From Thermoproteota archaeon (lineage in GTDB: Archaea > Korarchaeota > Korarchaeia > Korarchaeales > Korarchaeaceae): a stretch of 64,000 nt of DNA. The notes below the pieces were generated by a model, which was not told where the DNA came from, made no database searches, and saw nothing but the letters and a program-made list of their open reading frames with translations. Both the position numbers and the translations under genes were made by a program. This document shows, piece after piece, positions 9,499 through 18,965 of the stretch (positions within the stretch are counted from its first letter, which is position 1; each line of letters begins with the position of its first letter). The stretch spans positions 303,112 through 367,111 of the forward strand of contig JAOZFN010000007.1 of NCBI GenBank assembly GCA_027492205.1, read 5' to 3'.

Positions 9499-10463
9499 TT
9501 GCACCTGACCCCGCTCCACTCGGGATACGTGCCAGGCTCGGGCAGGAGATCTGAGAGCCTGCGCCACATCTCCGGCGTCTCCTTACACAGGGCAACGTCG
9601 CCTGAGTAGCCTAGCCTCCTCAGCTCCTCCAAAACGTACCTGTACATCTCCTCCCTCAGGTCAGGCTTGATCTTCAGTCCCCATCCGGTTTTCTCCCCGC
9701 CTCTCAGGTATTCGTGCCAGCTTCTATCCTTGGCAAACTTAACGGTCTTCCACAGTCCCCTGAGCGTCCCCAGAGTGATCCTGCTTGGCTCAAGCTCGTA
9801 CCTGTGCAGCGCGTCTTCCACCAGCTTCGAGTACTCCCCCCTCCACCCAGGGACCGGTATCATGGGGTCGAGCCTCAGCCTGAGCTCGAAGCCCTCTCTC
9901 TGCACGAGCCTGGCGGCGGCCATCCTGTCCTCCGGGCCAGGGGTCCCCCTCTCGTAGAGCCTGGCTGGCTTTGAAGCGTTGACCGAGAAGCTGACTACTA
10001 TAGCCTCCCTTGGGCCGCTCCACTCCAGTAGAGGCTGCACGTGCCTCACGCCGCCCTTGGTAACCATAAGGAACCTGTGGCCTGGGTGGGTCTCTAGGAG
10101 ATCTGAGATCACCTCTAGGAGCAGGTGAGTCCACTCAGGAATGGCCAGGCTGTCGCTCAGCTCCCCTGTATTCAGGAGCAGCCTCTCGCCCCTGGAGTCG
10201 GCCCAGGACAGGAGGTCCTCTAGCTCCGCCTTCAGCCCCTCTAGGTCCTTGAGCCTAGGGGTCTTGTTACCGAAGAACGTGCCCTGGAGATAGCAGTAGG
10301 AGCAGCCAAACGGGCAGCCGTTCGCCCACTTCAACTCCCAGAAGTGGGGGCAGACGATGTCGGAGGGCGTCTTGGCGAAGTAGACCACGTAGCGGGAGTT
10401 CTGCCACTTGAGTAGTGGCGACATAGGTTTTAGCTCGATGAAGTCCTCCTCCGTTCTCCTCAC
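9486..10463 (-). CDS. Spore photoproduct lyase (SplB)-like radical SAM protein
   Basis: GCPFGCSYCYLQ (CxxxCxxC), NTGELSDSL, LRLDPMIP, LCKET, C-terminal CNC; SD GAGGAGG. Confidence 0.85.
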   Translation of the reverse strand: MRRTEEDFIELKPMSPLLKWQNSRYVVYFAKTPSDIVCPHFWELKWANGCPFGCSYCYLQGTFFGNKTPRLKDLEGLKAELEDLLSWADSRGERLLLNTGELSDSLAIPEWTHLLLEVISDLLETHPGHRFLMVTKGGVRHVQPLLEWSGPREAIVVSFSVNASKPARLYERGTPGPEDRMAAARLVQREGFELRLRLDPMIPVPGWRGEYSKLVEDALHRYELEPSRITLGTLRGLWKTVKFAKDRSWHEYLRGGEKTGWGLKIKPDLREEMYRYVLEELRRLGYSGDVALCKETPEMWRRLSDLLPEPGTYPEWSGVRCNCVE

Positions 10464-10498
10464 GGCCTCCTCTTCTGACTATAATGTGAGTGGATCGT

Positions 10499-12403
10499 TT
10501 AAGCGTTTGCAAGCCTAAGTAGGCAAAAGTATTCTCTGATCATCTCCAGCCGCTCTCTTGACTGAGGGGTCTCTATTAGGAAAGATTTGCCCGTCCCCCC
10601 AGAAGATAGGATAACGTCGCAGATCGTCTCTTCTATGAATCGCCTCCTATCAGAACTCTCGGAGAGTTCCTCCCAGGACTTCCTCTGCTCTTTAGAGAGG
10701 AGGAGTGACTTCCCGGTCTTAGACAGGGAGCCGAGACCCTCCCTTTCCAGAATCCTGAGCACCGCCATGAACCTCCCCACCGGAACTTGGGGAGGTGTGA
10801 GTCCGCTAGAGGAGTACACGGCGTCGAGTCTCGAGATCAGTATCTTATAGAGGGTGGAAACGCGCTTGCTGCTCTTGTCTTTTACCTCTCTCCTGAGAGC
10901 CTCGAGGAAGCTGGAGACTGACGCTCGCAGCAGGACGCGACTTTTCTCTTCTTCCCCTCCCTCTGCGACTACCTCTTGGACGGCTTGGGGGGTCAGCAGG
11001 AAGGCCAGAACCTCTCTGAGATCCCTTTCAAATGCTCCATACTTATCCAGAAACTCTGACCTCCACTCGCCCCTTAGGAGCAGGCTGAGCTTGAGCAGGA
11101 AGGGGTCCACCTCTATAATCCCAAGGGCATGGCCAGCCTTGGAGAACTCGGCCTCTAGTGCTGTCCGCTCATCTGGATACCATTCAGCAATGGAGAACAA
11201 CAGAACTGGAACATTTCTAAGCATGTTCAAGAGCTGATCCCGGTCTCTCTGGGATCTCTGCCAGGACCTCCCCGTCTTTATCTCCACAGCGATGCGTTGG
11301 ACGAGTCTGTTGCCCTTCTCTCCGGCTTCCGGTTTGTAGGTCCAGACGAGGTATTGGGCATCGGTGACGGCCCCTGGCAGCGACAGCCTGTCCCTCGAGA
11401 GAGTCGCCAAGTAGTCTAGCTTGGTCTCCCCGAGGCTCACAGTGACTGGAATAGCCCTGAGTTTCTTCCACATGAACTCCCTCCAGAGCTCTTCCACCTG
11501 CCTGCCGAGGTCAACGCTTGATCCCATCTCGGCTTCTGGATCAATATTATCCAGGATCTCCTGAAGCATTTCGGTGATGTACTTTATCACACCTCCTATC
11601 TCCCACATTAAAGCTCTGTCCTCGGCTTTCTTCCTCAGCAAGGGGTAGAGCACGCTGAAGTGTTTGTCCAGACTCACGCGATATGAATCCTTGTAGGCCC
11701 TGAAGAGGGCCATTACCTTGAGGGTTGCGTCCCGGGCGGCCTCAACTCTCTCGTCGTCAGGCATGCTCAGCCTGTACTCTCTAGACCTCGCAAGGAGTCT
11801 ATTAGCAAGCGCCCGATCTTTCTCAAACTCGGCTCTGACTCGTTTTGACATCATTAGGATGGCTGACCCTCTTGGCGGTCTATCCGACGAGCCCTCCGTT
11901 AGCCACCGAACTATATCTGCCAGATCCTCAAACCTCTTCCGGTCCCCCCTAGCCAAATCCCCAAGAAGCTGGTCCAATTCGTCCACTATCAGTACGACAG
12001 GCTTCTCTGCAGGTATAGAGACGATCTGTTGTAAAATCAATTCTCTTACGTCACACACCGGATCTAGGAAGACCCTCCTGACCTCGACTCCCCTCTTCTG
12101 AAGGAATTCCTTCAAGACAAAGCCCAGCTGAGACTTGCCGGATCCATACTCCCCGACAACCGAGACTATAGCCCCACGCCAGTCTCTATCCTTGAGATAA
12201 TTGAAGATAGCCCCATTTACTTGTCTGAGCCTTCTGACGTTTACGAAAAAGTCCTTGAGTTGATCTAGGGGGAACTCAATGGGCCTCCTATCAGACCACG
12301 ACTCTAGTACCTTGCCTAGCGAGCTGGGGTTGTACTTGGAGTATGTTTTAGAGAGGTTATAGAACTCCTCCCGTGCCTTGGAGAGAGATTCAGGATGAAT
12401 CAC
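10499..12403 (-). CDS. P-loop (AAA-like) ATPase with C-terminal PD-(D/E)xK-like nuclease domain
   Basis: Walker A GEYGSGKS, Walker B LIVDELD, later TDAQ...IAVEIKTG; GTGA overlap with the upstream gene gives start 12403. Confidence 0.75.
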   Translation of the reverse strand: MIHPESLSKAREEFYNLSKTYSKYNPSSLGKVLESWSDRRPIEFPLDQLKDFFVNVRRLRQVNGAIFNYLKDRDWRGAIVSVVGEYGSGKSQLGFVLKEFLQKRGVEVRRVFLDPVCDVRELILQQIVSIPAEKPVVLIVDELDQLLGDLARGDRKRFEDLADIVRWLTEGSSDRPPRGSAILMMSKRVRAEFEKDRALANRLLARSREYRLSMPDDERVEAARDATLKVMALFRAYKDSYRVSLDKHFSVLYPLLRKKAEDRALMWEIGGVIKYITEMLQEILDNIDPEAEMGSSVDLGRQVEELWREFMWKKLRAIPVTVSLGETKLDYLATLSRDRLSLPGAVTDAQYLVWTYKPEAGEKGNRLVQRIAVEIKTGRSWQRSQRDRDQLLNMLRNVPVLLFSIAEWYPDERTALEAEFSKAGHALGIIEVDPFLLKLSLLLRGEWRSEFLDKYGAFERDLREVLAFLLTPQAVQEVVAEGGEEEKSRVLLRASVSSFLEALRREVKDKSSKRVSTLYKILISRLDAVYSSSGLTPPQVPVGRFMAVLRILEREGLGSLSKTGKSLLLSKEQRKSWEELSESSDRRRFIEETICDVILSSGGTGKSFLIETPQSRERLEMIREYFCLLRLANA

Positions 12404-13128
12404 AGCTCCCACCTCGCCGAGATCTTGGCCCTGCTGGGTATCACGAGCTCGCAGTAGGTCTCCCCGGTCACCCTGTCCTGCCACGTGGAGAACACCCTGC
12501 CCCCGAGACCGGGCGGTAACCTGTCTAGGTCCTCGGCGGACTCGAGGACGTCCCTGTAGGGCTCCAAGACCGGTATCCTCACGAGTCCCCGCTTCCAGAG
12601 CGACACTAGGATGTCCCGCACCCCGTCCCCGTACACCCTAGCCAGCGTGCCGTAAGTCACCGCACCCCTAGACCTCACGTCCTCGAGCACGGCCTCCTCC
12701 AGGGAGGTCGTGAGCACGGGAACCCTCCTCTCCCGGACGAGGTTGAGCTCAACCAGCCACCTGGCCAAGGCGCGGGCCTCCGTAGTCGTGACCTCGACTC
12801 CGAGTGAGGCGAGCGCCGCGGACAGAGAGCCCGGAGTGAGGGGGACGGAACTCCGGGTGAGCGCCCCTACGGCCTCGGCGAGCCTGAACTCCCTCATTAT
12901 GGCGTTTGCTAGGGACTCTCGGAAGTCATCGAGGGACCTTAGGTCGTCGACTCTTTGGAGCACCCACTCGAGGGTCTTGACGTACCGTGAGGCCGTCCTG
13001 GTGGACTTCACCCCGAGGATCTCGGCCGCGTCCTTCTCCCCCTTCAGCCTGCTTCTAGCGAGGGCAAGTCTGTAGAGTCCACTAATCCTGGTGGGATAGA
13101 AGCGGCTTGACCGGCGCATGATCCGCAC
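12400..13128 (-). CDS. Winged-helix/HTH DNA-binding protein, first gene of the operon
   Basis: DAAEILGVKSTRTASRYV HTH plus a second wHTH-like segment (VTYGTLARVYG...LWKRGLV); TATA-like TATTTA at about 13142-13147. Confidence 0.6.
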   Translation of the reverse strand: MRIMRRSSRFYPTRISGLYRLALARSRLKGEKDAAEILGVKSTRTASRYVKTLEWVLQRVDDLRSLDDFRESLANAIMREFRLAEAVGALTRSSVPLTPGSLSAALASLGVEVTTTEARALARWLVELNLVRERRVPVLTTSLEEAVLEDVRSRGAVTYGTLARVYGDGVRDILVSLWKRGLVRIPVLEPYRDVLESAEDLDRLPPGLGGRVFSTWQDRVTGETYCELVIPSRAKISARWEL

Positions 13129-13338
13129 CTCAGAGGGCCCCTAAATATTGGAAAAAGTTTGTGCATCAGTCTGGGGATTGCCTATCTGGACTGAGCGGAG
13201 AGCGCGTGATCACGACATCGTCCCTCCGAAGGATGCGCAGAAGCCCAAGCCCGCTGAATCTGCCTTGGTTCAGGGGCGCTGGACGGCCGCTGCGTTCACG
13301 CGGGCCGCGCTCCCTGCCGAGCCAACCCAACTCTTTTT

Positions 13339-13363
13339 GTAGTACGTACTACCCACTACCCAC
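13339..13363. promoter_or_regulatory. Putative vapBC operator: 14-bp palindrome plus CTACCCA direct repeat
   Basis: GTAGTACGTACTAC (13339-13352) and CTACCCA x2 immediately before ATG 13365. Confidence 0.55.
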
Positions 13364-13364
13364 G

Positions 13365-13604
13365 ATGGGCGAGGTCGTCAGGGTCACGAGGAAGTTTCAG
13401 ATGACGATCCCCAGGAGGGTAAGGGAGGCGCTGGGGATCAGGGTGGGCGATAGGCTGGAGGTGGATGTCGAGGGAGATCGAATCGTCGTGAGGCCCCTGA
13501 GGCCCAGGGTAGAGGACCCGGTGGAGGCGCTCCTGTCGCTTGTGAGGGAGCCCGTGGACGTGGATGCGGTGAGGCTCGTAGAGGAGTCCTGGGGCGAGGA
13601 CTGA
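13365..13604 (+). CDS. vapB: AbrB/MazE-family antitoxin
   Basis: VRVTRKFQMTIPRRVREALGIRVGD. Confidence 0.9.
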   Translation: MGEVVRVTRKFQMTIPRRVREALGIRVGDRLEVDVEGDRIVVRPLRPRVEDPVEALLSLVREPVDVDAVRLVEESWGED

Positions 13605-13606
13605 TC

Positions 13607-14164
13607 TTGGGAGGCGCGGTCCGAGGGAGCCCGTGGAGGGCGGGGTCCGAGGGTGAGGGGGGGCGAGAACTAGTGGAGGCCTATGTGGACACGAACGTAT
13701 ACGTCTACGTGGCCCTCAGGCACCCGGAGTTCGGCGAACTCTGCGCGCGCATACTGAGGGCCGTTGTGTCCGGCGAGCTGAGGGCCGCCGGTTCCGACCT
13801 GGTGGCCATTGAGCTCCTCGGCTCCCTGGCCAGGGTGGGCCCCGAGGTGGCCAGGGGCGCGCTCGAGGCCTACCTGGCGATGCCCGTCAGGAGGCTCGAG
13901 GTCGACGAGAGGGTCCTCAGGGCGGCCGCCCTGATCAACGGGGTGGTGAACGTCGGTTACGACGCGATCCACGCCGCGCTCATGCTCCTGAACGGGGTCG
14001 GAGCCGTCGTGACCAACGACCTGGGGGACTGGGTCAGGCTGGCCAAGAGGCTGACGGACGTGGCCTCAACAATCGAGGAGGGTGAAATCCAGGTGAGGTC
14101 CCGAGAGCTGGCGGTGATCAGCCCGAGGTCCTTCCCCCGGCCCGTGGAGGTCGGCTCGGCGTGA
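13607..14164 (+). CDS. vapC: PIN-domain toxin
   Basis: YVDTNVYVY...YDAIHAA...TND. Confidence 0.9.
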   Translation: MGGAVRGSPWRAGSEGEGGRELVEAYVDTNVYVYVALRHPEFGELCARILRAVVSGELRAAGSDLVAIELLGSLARVGPEVARGALEAYLAMPVRRLEVDERVLRAAALINGVVNVGYDAIHAALMLLNGVGAVVTNDLGDWVRLAKRLTDVASTIEEGEIQVRSRELAVISPRSFPRPVEVGSA

Positions 14165-14239
14165 GCCCGTGGGGGTTGGCGGCTTCATCCGAGAATTTAT
14201 ATCTCTCCGACAATAAAACCTCTTCTGAGGAATGCACAA

Positions 14240-14491
14240 ATGTCTGAGGTGGTGCTGAGGGTCGGGAAGAGGGGGGAGATCTACACGACCAGGGAGCTGA
14301 GGGAGCTGGCGGGCATCAGGGAGGGCGGGAGGGTCAGGGCCAGGGTCGAGCGGGGCAGGGTGATCATCGAGCCCCTGCCCACCTTGGAGGAGCTCATCCG
14401 GGAGCCGGTGGTGGAGGTGAGCCCGGAGGAGGCCGAGAGGCTGAGCGAGGAGGCCCAGAGGGAGGTCGGCTCCCGCGATCTCGGGGGGTGA
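14240..14491 (+). CDS. vapB: AbrB-family antitoxin
   Basis: LRVGKRGEIYTTRELRELAGIREG; TTTTATAT TATA upstream. Confidence 0.88.
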   Translation: MSEVVLRVGKRGEIYTTRELRELAGIREGGRVRARVERGRVIIEPLPTLEELIREPVVEVSPEEAERLSEEAQREVGSRDLGG

Positions 14492-15105
14492 ACGCGCTGC
14501 CGGAGGTGAGGGCCGGGCCCGGGCTCACTCCGGGCGAGCCACCGGGTGCGGGTGAATCTGACTCTGTGGCCGGGGCCGGCGTCAGGTTTGGCGCCGAGGC
14601 CGAGGCTGGGAGCCGTGCAGAGGCGGGACCGGAGCTGATCCTGGACACCACGTACCTCCTCCCCATATTCGGCGTCGGCGTGGGGCTCCCGAGGTACGAG
14701 TCCCTGTTCCCCAGGCTCCTGGAGACGTTGAGCGTCGGGTACAACCCCGTCTCCCTCGTGGAGGCCAAGTGGATTTCTCTCGGCCTGGCCAGGGATCACC
14801 CGGACAGGCGCGACAGGCTCCTCTCGGCCTACCGCAGGGGCCTGGCCGCGATCCTGGCCGACGAGAGGATCTCGGCCACCGAGCTCACCGGCCCGGAGGT
14901 GGAGGCCGTTGCGGACCGGCTCCTCCTCGAGTTCGGGCTGGCGGACTACTTCGACAGGGTGATCTACGCGACGGCCGTCGTCGGGAGCGCGGCCCTGCTG
15001 ACGGAGGACGGGGAGCTCCTGAGGCTCGCCAGATCGCCGGAGGCCCCGAGGCCGAGGGAGGCGCTGAGGTGGGCCGACGTTCCCGGGAGGCTCCTCGGCG
15101 ATTGA
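14488..15105 (+). CDS. vapC: PIN-domain toxin with low-complexity N-terminal extension
   Basis: ILDTTYLLP...SLVEAKW...DYFDRVIYATA...LTED; GTGA overlap. Confidence 0.88.
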   Translation: MNALPEVRAGPGLTPGEPPGAGESDSVAGAGVRFGAEAEAGSRAEAGPELILDTTYLLPIFGVGVGLPRYESLFPRLLETLSVGYNPVSLVEAKWISLGLARDHPDRRDRLLSAYRRGLAAILADERISATELTGPEVEAVADRLLLEFGLADYFDRVIYATAVVGSAALLTEDGELLRLARSPEAPRPREALRWADVPGRLLGD

Positions 15106-15159
15106 ATCCGTGGGTCGTGAAACTTATCTGTGGCGACATTCCAAACTTTGTGGATAGAT

Positions 15160-15408
15160 ATGGGGATCTATGGGGTGGAAGTAAGGAGGGTGGACAGGCA
15201 GGGCAGGCTCGTCCTGCCTCCGGACTGGCGGGAGTCTGAGCTCGGGGACTCCAGGGAGGTGCTCGTGATCAAGGGGAGGGGCTACCTGAAGCTTATACCG
15301 AGGAGGAGGCGTGACCTGACGAGGTTCTTTGACTCCGTGGATCTGGGCGTCGAGTCCATAGTCGACTGGGCCGAGTTCGAGGCGGAGCTGCCTCGCGGCA
15401 GGGGGTGA
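15160..15408 (+). CDS. Orphan AbrB-family antitoxin
   Basis: RRVDRQGRLVLPPDWRE; no PIN ORF follows. Confidence 0.8.
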   Translation: MGIYGVEVRRVDRQGRLVLPPDWRESELGDSREVLVIKGRGYLKLIPRRRRDLTRFFDSVDLGVESIVDWAEFEAELPRGRG

Positions 15409-16102
15409 CTGAACTGGACCCAAGACCCGAGGTGGGCAAGGATCCGCGCGCGGGGGTAAGCCTCCAGAAGCGCCTCTATCCAGGGTCCTCGGGATCTCCC
15501 TAAACTTGTCCGGAATACACCCAGCTAGGATCGTTGAGGTCGACTCAAACCTGATGAGACTAGCCTCCCTTCAGGGCTGAGTACGCCTGGGATGGGAGTT
15601 CCCAAATCGTTATGGGGCGTTCGAGAGGGACTTGGAGGAGGTTATGCCTATCCTGCTCGGCCCGATCTTCCCCGCCCCTTTGGCGTCGAGACTGCCCTCC
15701 AGATACACCGCCGAGTCTGCTGGGGGCGCCTCACTACTCGAAGCCCGATCTAGCAAGGAAGTCGCTGCGATCAGGGGCGGCCATAGGTCTCTTAGCAGAC
15801 GAGATAGCTCGGGGCGTAGACAGATCCAGCTGGAAGAGAATAGACAGCCGTTCTAGTTAGAGCTGGTCGCTCAGCAGTCCGGTCTCGTTAAGTTCCTCCA
15901 ATCCGCACTCAGCGAGATTCCACAAACCCGCTCAACTCTTTGAGGAGGTAACGATCGCTGCGCGATTCCCCGCGCATGGGCGTCACGCGAGTGGGCAGGC
16001 CGTTTTTATTTGGAGAACTGTAGGGCTGCGCTGTGCACTTCATCACAGCAAAGCGAAAGGCGCGTTCACTTTTATTGTAACCTATGAGTTCTGACCGCCG
16101 AC

Positions 16103-17476
16103 GTGCGCGCAGTCAGCTACGCTGACGCAGCTCTGCTGGACGAGCTGACCCCCTTTCTCGCGCTTTCCAAGCGAATTAAGGGCTTCTACCGGAGAGTTGA
16201 GTGCTCTCTCCCGAGGTCTCTCGTGGAGGGACGATCGTACCTACCATACGTTGCTATGGTGCTCTCAGTGGTTATTCCGCTGTTCCTTGCTCAGATGGGC
16301 GGGTACATTTGGACTTATGGACTAAGTAGAACTATCTCGCTTCTAAAACAGAGTGAATACATCTACTATGCCTCCCATCCTAGGGAGATACCGACAGGCA
16401 TTGTTCCAGATGGTCTAGATATTTTCAGACGCATGCCGCCATTCCCTGATGTGATGATGTTCAGCTACGTGGCCGGCTCCTACGCTGCCTATCACCTCGC
16501 CCGCTGGATAGTGGGTTACTCTAGGCTCCTTTCGAGCCTCGCCCCACACTCTCAAGACGATTCATCTTTAGGAGCTCGTCCGCGGGTCGGGAGGATGCCA
16601 GCCTTTTTCTTGAATCCTGGGGTTTGGGCGGTCAGCTGGGCGATTCTGATGGGTTCAGAGGCCCTCATGAGCCACTACCAGCTTTGGGTTTTTAGGGGTG
16701 AGGGCGCCAAGGAGGTGGTCGTCCAGCTTATCTGGATGCTGGACGACATGTGGATTAACCTCGTGACAGTTTCCGCGGCCTACTGCGCGTTAGCGGCCTC
16801 CCTCTGGTCTAAGATTCTAGTAAGCTTTCTCTTAGAGGATACATCCTCTTGGCGAGCCCAAGAAGCGGTCGAGACATACCTGATCAAGCTCAACGACGAA
16901 CTCGCCAAGGCCTGGACCTCTCTCAGTGTGGGGTGGCTGATCCCTTGGGGGACCTACTCTAGCCTGTACGCGACTCTCGTGGAGGTTCTGGGGCTTGAGG
17001 CCAGGGGAATCACCGAAAGCCTCCTAGGTTTCGCCCGGCTCGGGAGGATCCTGCTTCCCCTATCTGCACTGGTATGGGGTATGCTGCGCCGCTCGGGGAA
17101 GGTGTGGTGTGACACGCTCCGTGTCATCATGCGGTCTGCTGAGGAGAATCAGAGGAGTCAGCCGCAAAGAGAGGCGATCTTCAAGACGGTGCACCGCGTC
17201 GTGGGGAGGCTGCTCGTTAGGTACTCCCCTATAGAATTTCTCTACGCCTGGCTGACAATTCCAGAGATCGTAGAGGTCTTCTTAGAGATATTAGCCAGGT
17301 CAGTGGGGAGTAGTGTGTACTTCAGGCTAGCCGAAGCTCCGATCGGCCTCTTGACTGGGTTCTCTATAGGAGATGCGGTGTTCTCTAGGTTCTCTCGCAC
17401 CATAGAGGTGTATCCGGAGGTATTCGGACATGGTAGCCATTCTGTGCGATCCAAGCCTGGGCAGATATCGAGGTGA
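16103..17476 (+). CDS. Multi-pass membrane protein of unknown function
   Basis: 457 aa ORF with several hydrophobic segments; overlaps the next gene. Confidence 0.65.
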   Translation: MRAVSYADAALLDELTPFLALSKRIKGFYRRVECSLPRSLVEGRSYLPYVAMVLSVVIPLFLAQMGGYIWTYGLSRTISLLKQSEYIYYASHPREIPTGIVPDGLDIFRRMPPFPDVMMFSYVAGSYAAYHLARWIVGYSRLLSSLAPHSQDDSSLGARPRVGRMPAFFLNPGVWAVSWAILMGSEALMSHYQLWVFRGEGAKEVVVQLIWMLDDMWINLVTVSAAYCALAASLWSKILVSFLLEDTSSWRAQEAVETYLIKLNDELAKAWTSLSVGWLIPWGTYSSLYATLVEVLGLEARGITESLLGFARLGRILLPLSALVWGMLRRSGKVWCDTLRVIMRSAEENQRSQPQREAIFKTVHRVVGRLLVRYSPIEFLYAWLTIPEIVEVFLEILARSVGSSVYFRLAEAPIGLLTGFSIGDAVFSRFSRTIEVYPEVFGHGSHSVRSKPGQISR

Positions 17477-18308
17477 TGTAGACGATGTGCTGGCCCTCCT
17501 GTATCTGATCAGGAGGGGGGTAAGGATATCTGGTATAGCAGCCGTGGAAGGAAACGCAGACGCCAGGCACGCATATCAGGTAGCTGAGTCTGTGGCTCGG
17601 GCCAGCGGTGAGGACATACCCGTTTACCCTAGCCCAAAGGCGGTGCGAGGTGAGGAGACCGCGGTTGACTTCCTTAGGAGCGCCATCTCCGAGGGGGAGG
17701 ATGTCATCGCCATGTCACCATTGACATATTTGGCGGAGGCCCTCAGGAAGGTGAACGGCCCCTTCTACTCCAGAATCTTCATCATGGGTGGATCCATTCG
17801 CCAAAGGGCCCTGGCGGCCTTTCCGGAGTTCAACTTCTGGAAAGATGCTCTTGCCGCGAGGAGGGTTCTCGAGGCCCCGTGGAGAGAGGTTCATGTTATT
17901 CCCCTAGACTTCACGGCGACCGTGAAGTGGGACTGCGGGAGGCTGGTTCGTTCCCTCCGGGAGATCTCAATGGACTTGAACGATCCCCTGATTAAACTCG
18001 TTGCTGGAGGCATTGTCCCGTGGTGCAGAACCTCCACCACATTCTTCGGGGGGCTCGTCCCGCATGATGTCTTGGCGGTCATATACTACGATCGGGCGGA
18101 TCTTTTCAAGGTCTCGGAAAGGAGACTCACTGTGGAGGTCAAAGGCCTCTTCAAGAAGGGACGCCTGACAGAGTCTGAGGGCGCCAGGCCTCTGCGCCTA
18201 GTGAATGGACTGTCCGCCGGTTCGGAAAATCTGCTAGACCTCTTTCTCGCTGCCATCAGGGGAGGCAAATCTGTACCTACAAGGGCAGAAGGCCGTCCTT
18301 TGGTCTAG
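17430..18308 (+). CDS. Inosine-uridine preferring nucleoside hydrolase family protein
   Basis: CDP...DVDDVLAL, EGNA, IMGG, EFNFWKD, PLDFT, PHDVLA. Confidence 0.88.
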   Translation: MVAILCDPSLGRYRGDVDDVLALLYLIRRGVRISGIAAVEGNADARHAYQVAESVARASGEDIPVYPSPKAVRGEETAVDFLRSAISEGEDVIAMSPLTYLAEALRKVNGPFYSRIFIMGGSIRQRALAAFPEFNFWKDALAARRVLEAPWREVHVIPLDFTATVKWDCGRLVRSLREISMDLNDPLIKLVAGGIVPWCRTSTTFFGGLVPHDVLAVIYYDRADLFKVSERRLTVEVKGLFKKGRLTESEGARPLRLVNGLSAGSENLLDLFLAAIRGGKSVPTRAEGRPLV

Positions 18309-18559
18309 TCGGATGCGCGGTGACCCACAGCTGCCTACAAGACCTGCGCTGGGAGGCCGTGGCAGGCCCGGATAATTTGCGGCGACGCTAAAGATGGCGC
18401 AAAGAATGGCAGTGCTCCAGCTTCTCCACCTATAGCGCGACTTGGGCCTGCCACGGCGCGCATCTCGGACGACCGCCCATGTACTCATCCTTGAGGGGGT
18501 GATTTGAGGATAAGAGGACCTCAAGGCGATGTCCCCAACCCCCTCGCAAGAGATCCTCA

Positions 18560-18965
18560 CCTTATATCCTCTGAATAGCCCTCATCTGCGCGCCATCTCG
18601 ATCAAAAGTTCACTCCACTCTTGAGAGGCGTGCTCTCCTCTAAATTTCAGAAGGGCTGGCGTCCAGCTCAAGGTCCCTTGGCGACGGAAAGGGATGGGCT
18701 AGTGCGTACTCCCGGAGGTCGACCCTCTCTTGCTTCACCGTTATCCTGTTTATCATGTCAGACAGGGTCTTCCCCGTTTTTCTTCCGCTCGAATAGAACT
18801 CTCTCATCTCTAACTATAAGCCAGGAGAGCGAGATACTAGGTCCATGTCGATAGCCAATACTCTGCTGCCAGATTCCCTGGCAACCACGCAGTCAGGGCT
18901 GCGATCGTTGTCTTGCCCACACCACCTGGAGCCGAGAACAGCCCCAGTACTTTTCCGCCCTTAAT
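18560..18965 (-). pseudogene. Degraded ParA/MinD-family ATPase (multiple frameshifts)
   Basis: Manual translation: KVLGLFSAPGGVGKTTIAALTAWL / RESGSRVLAIDMD / PSISLSWLIV...; deviant Walker A. Confidence 0.7.
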
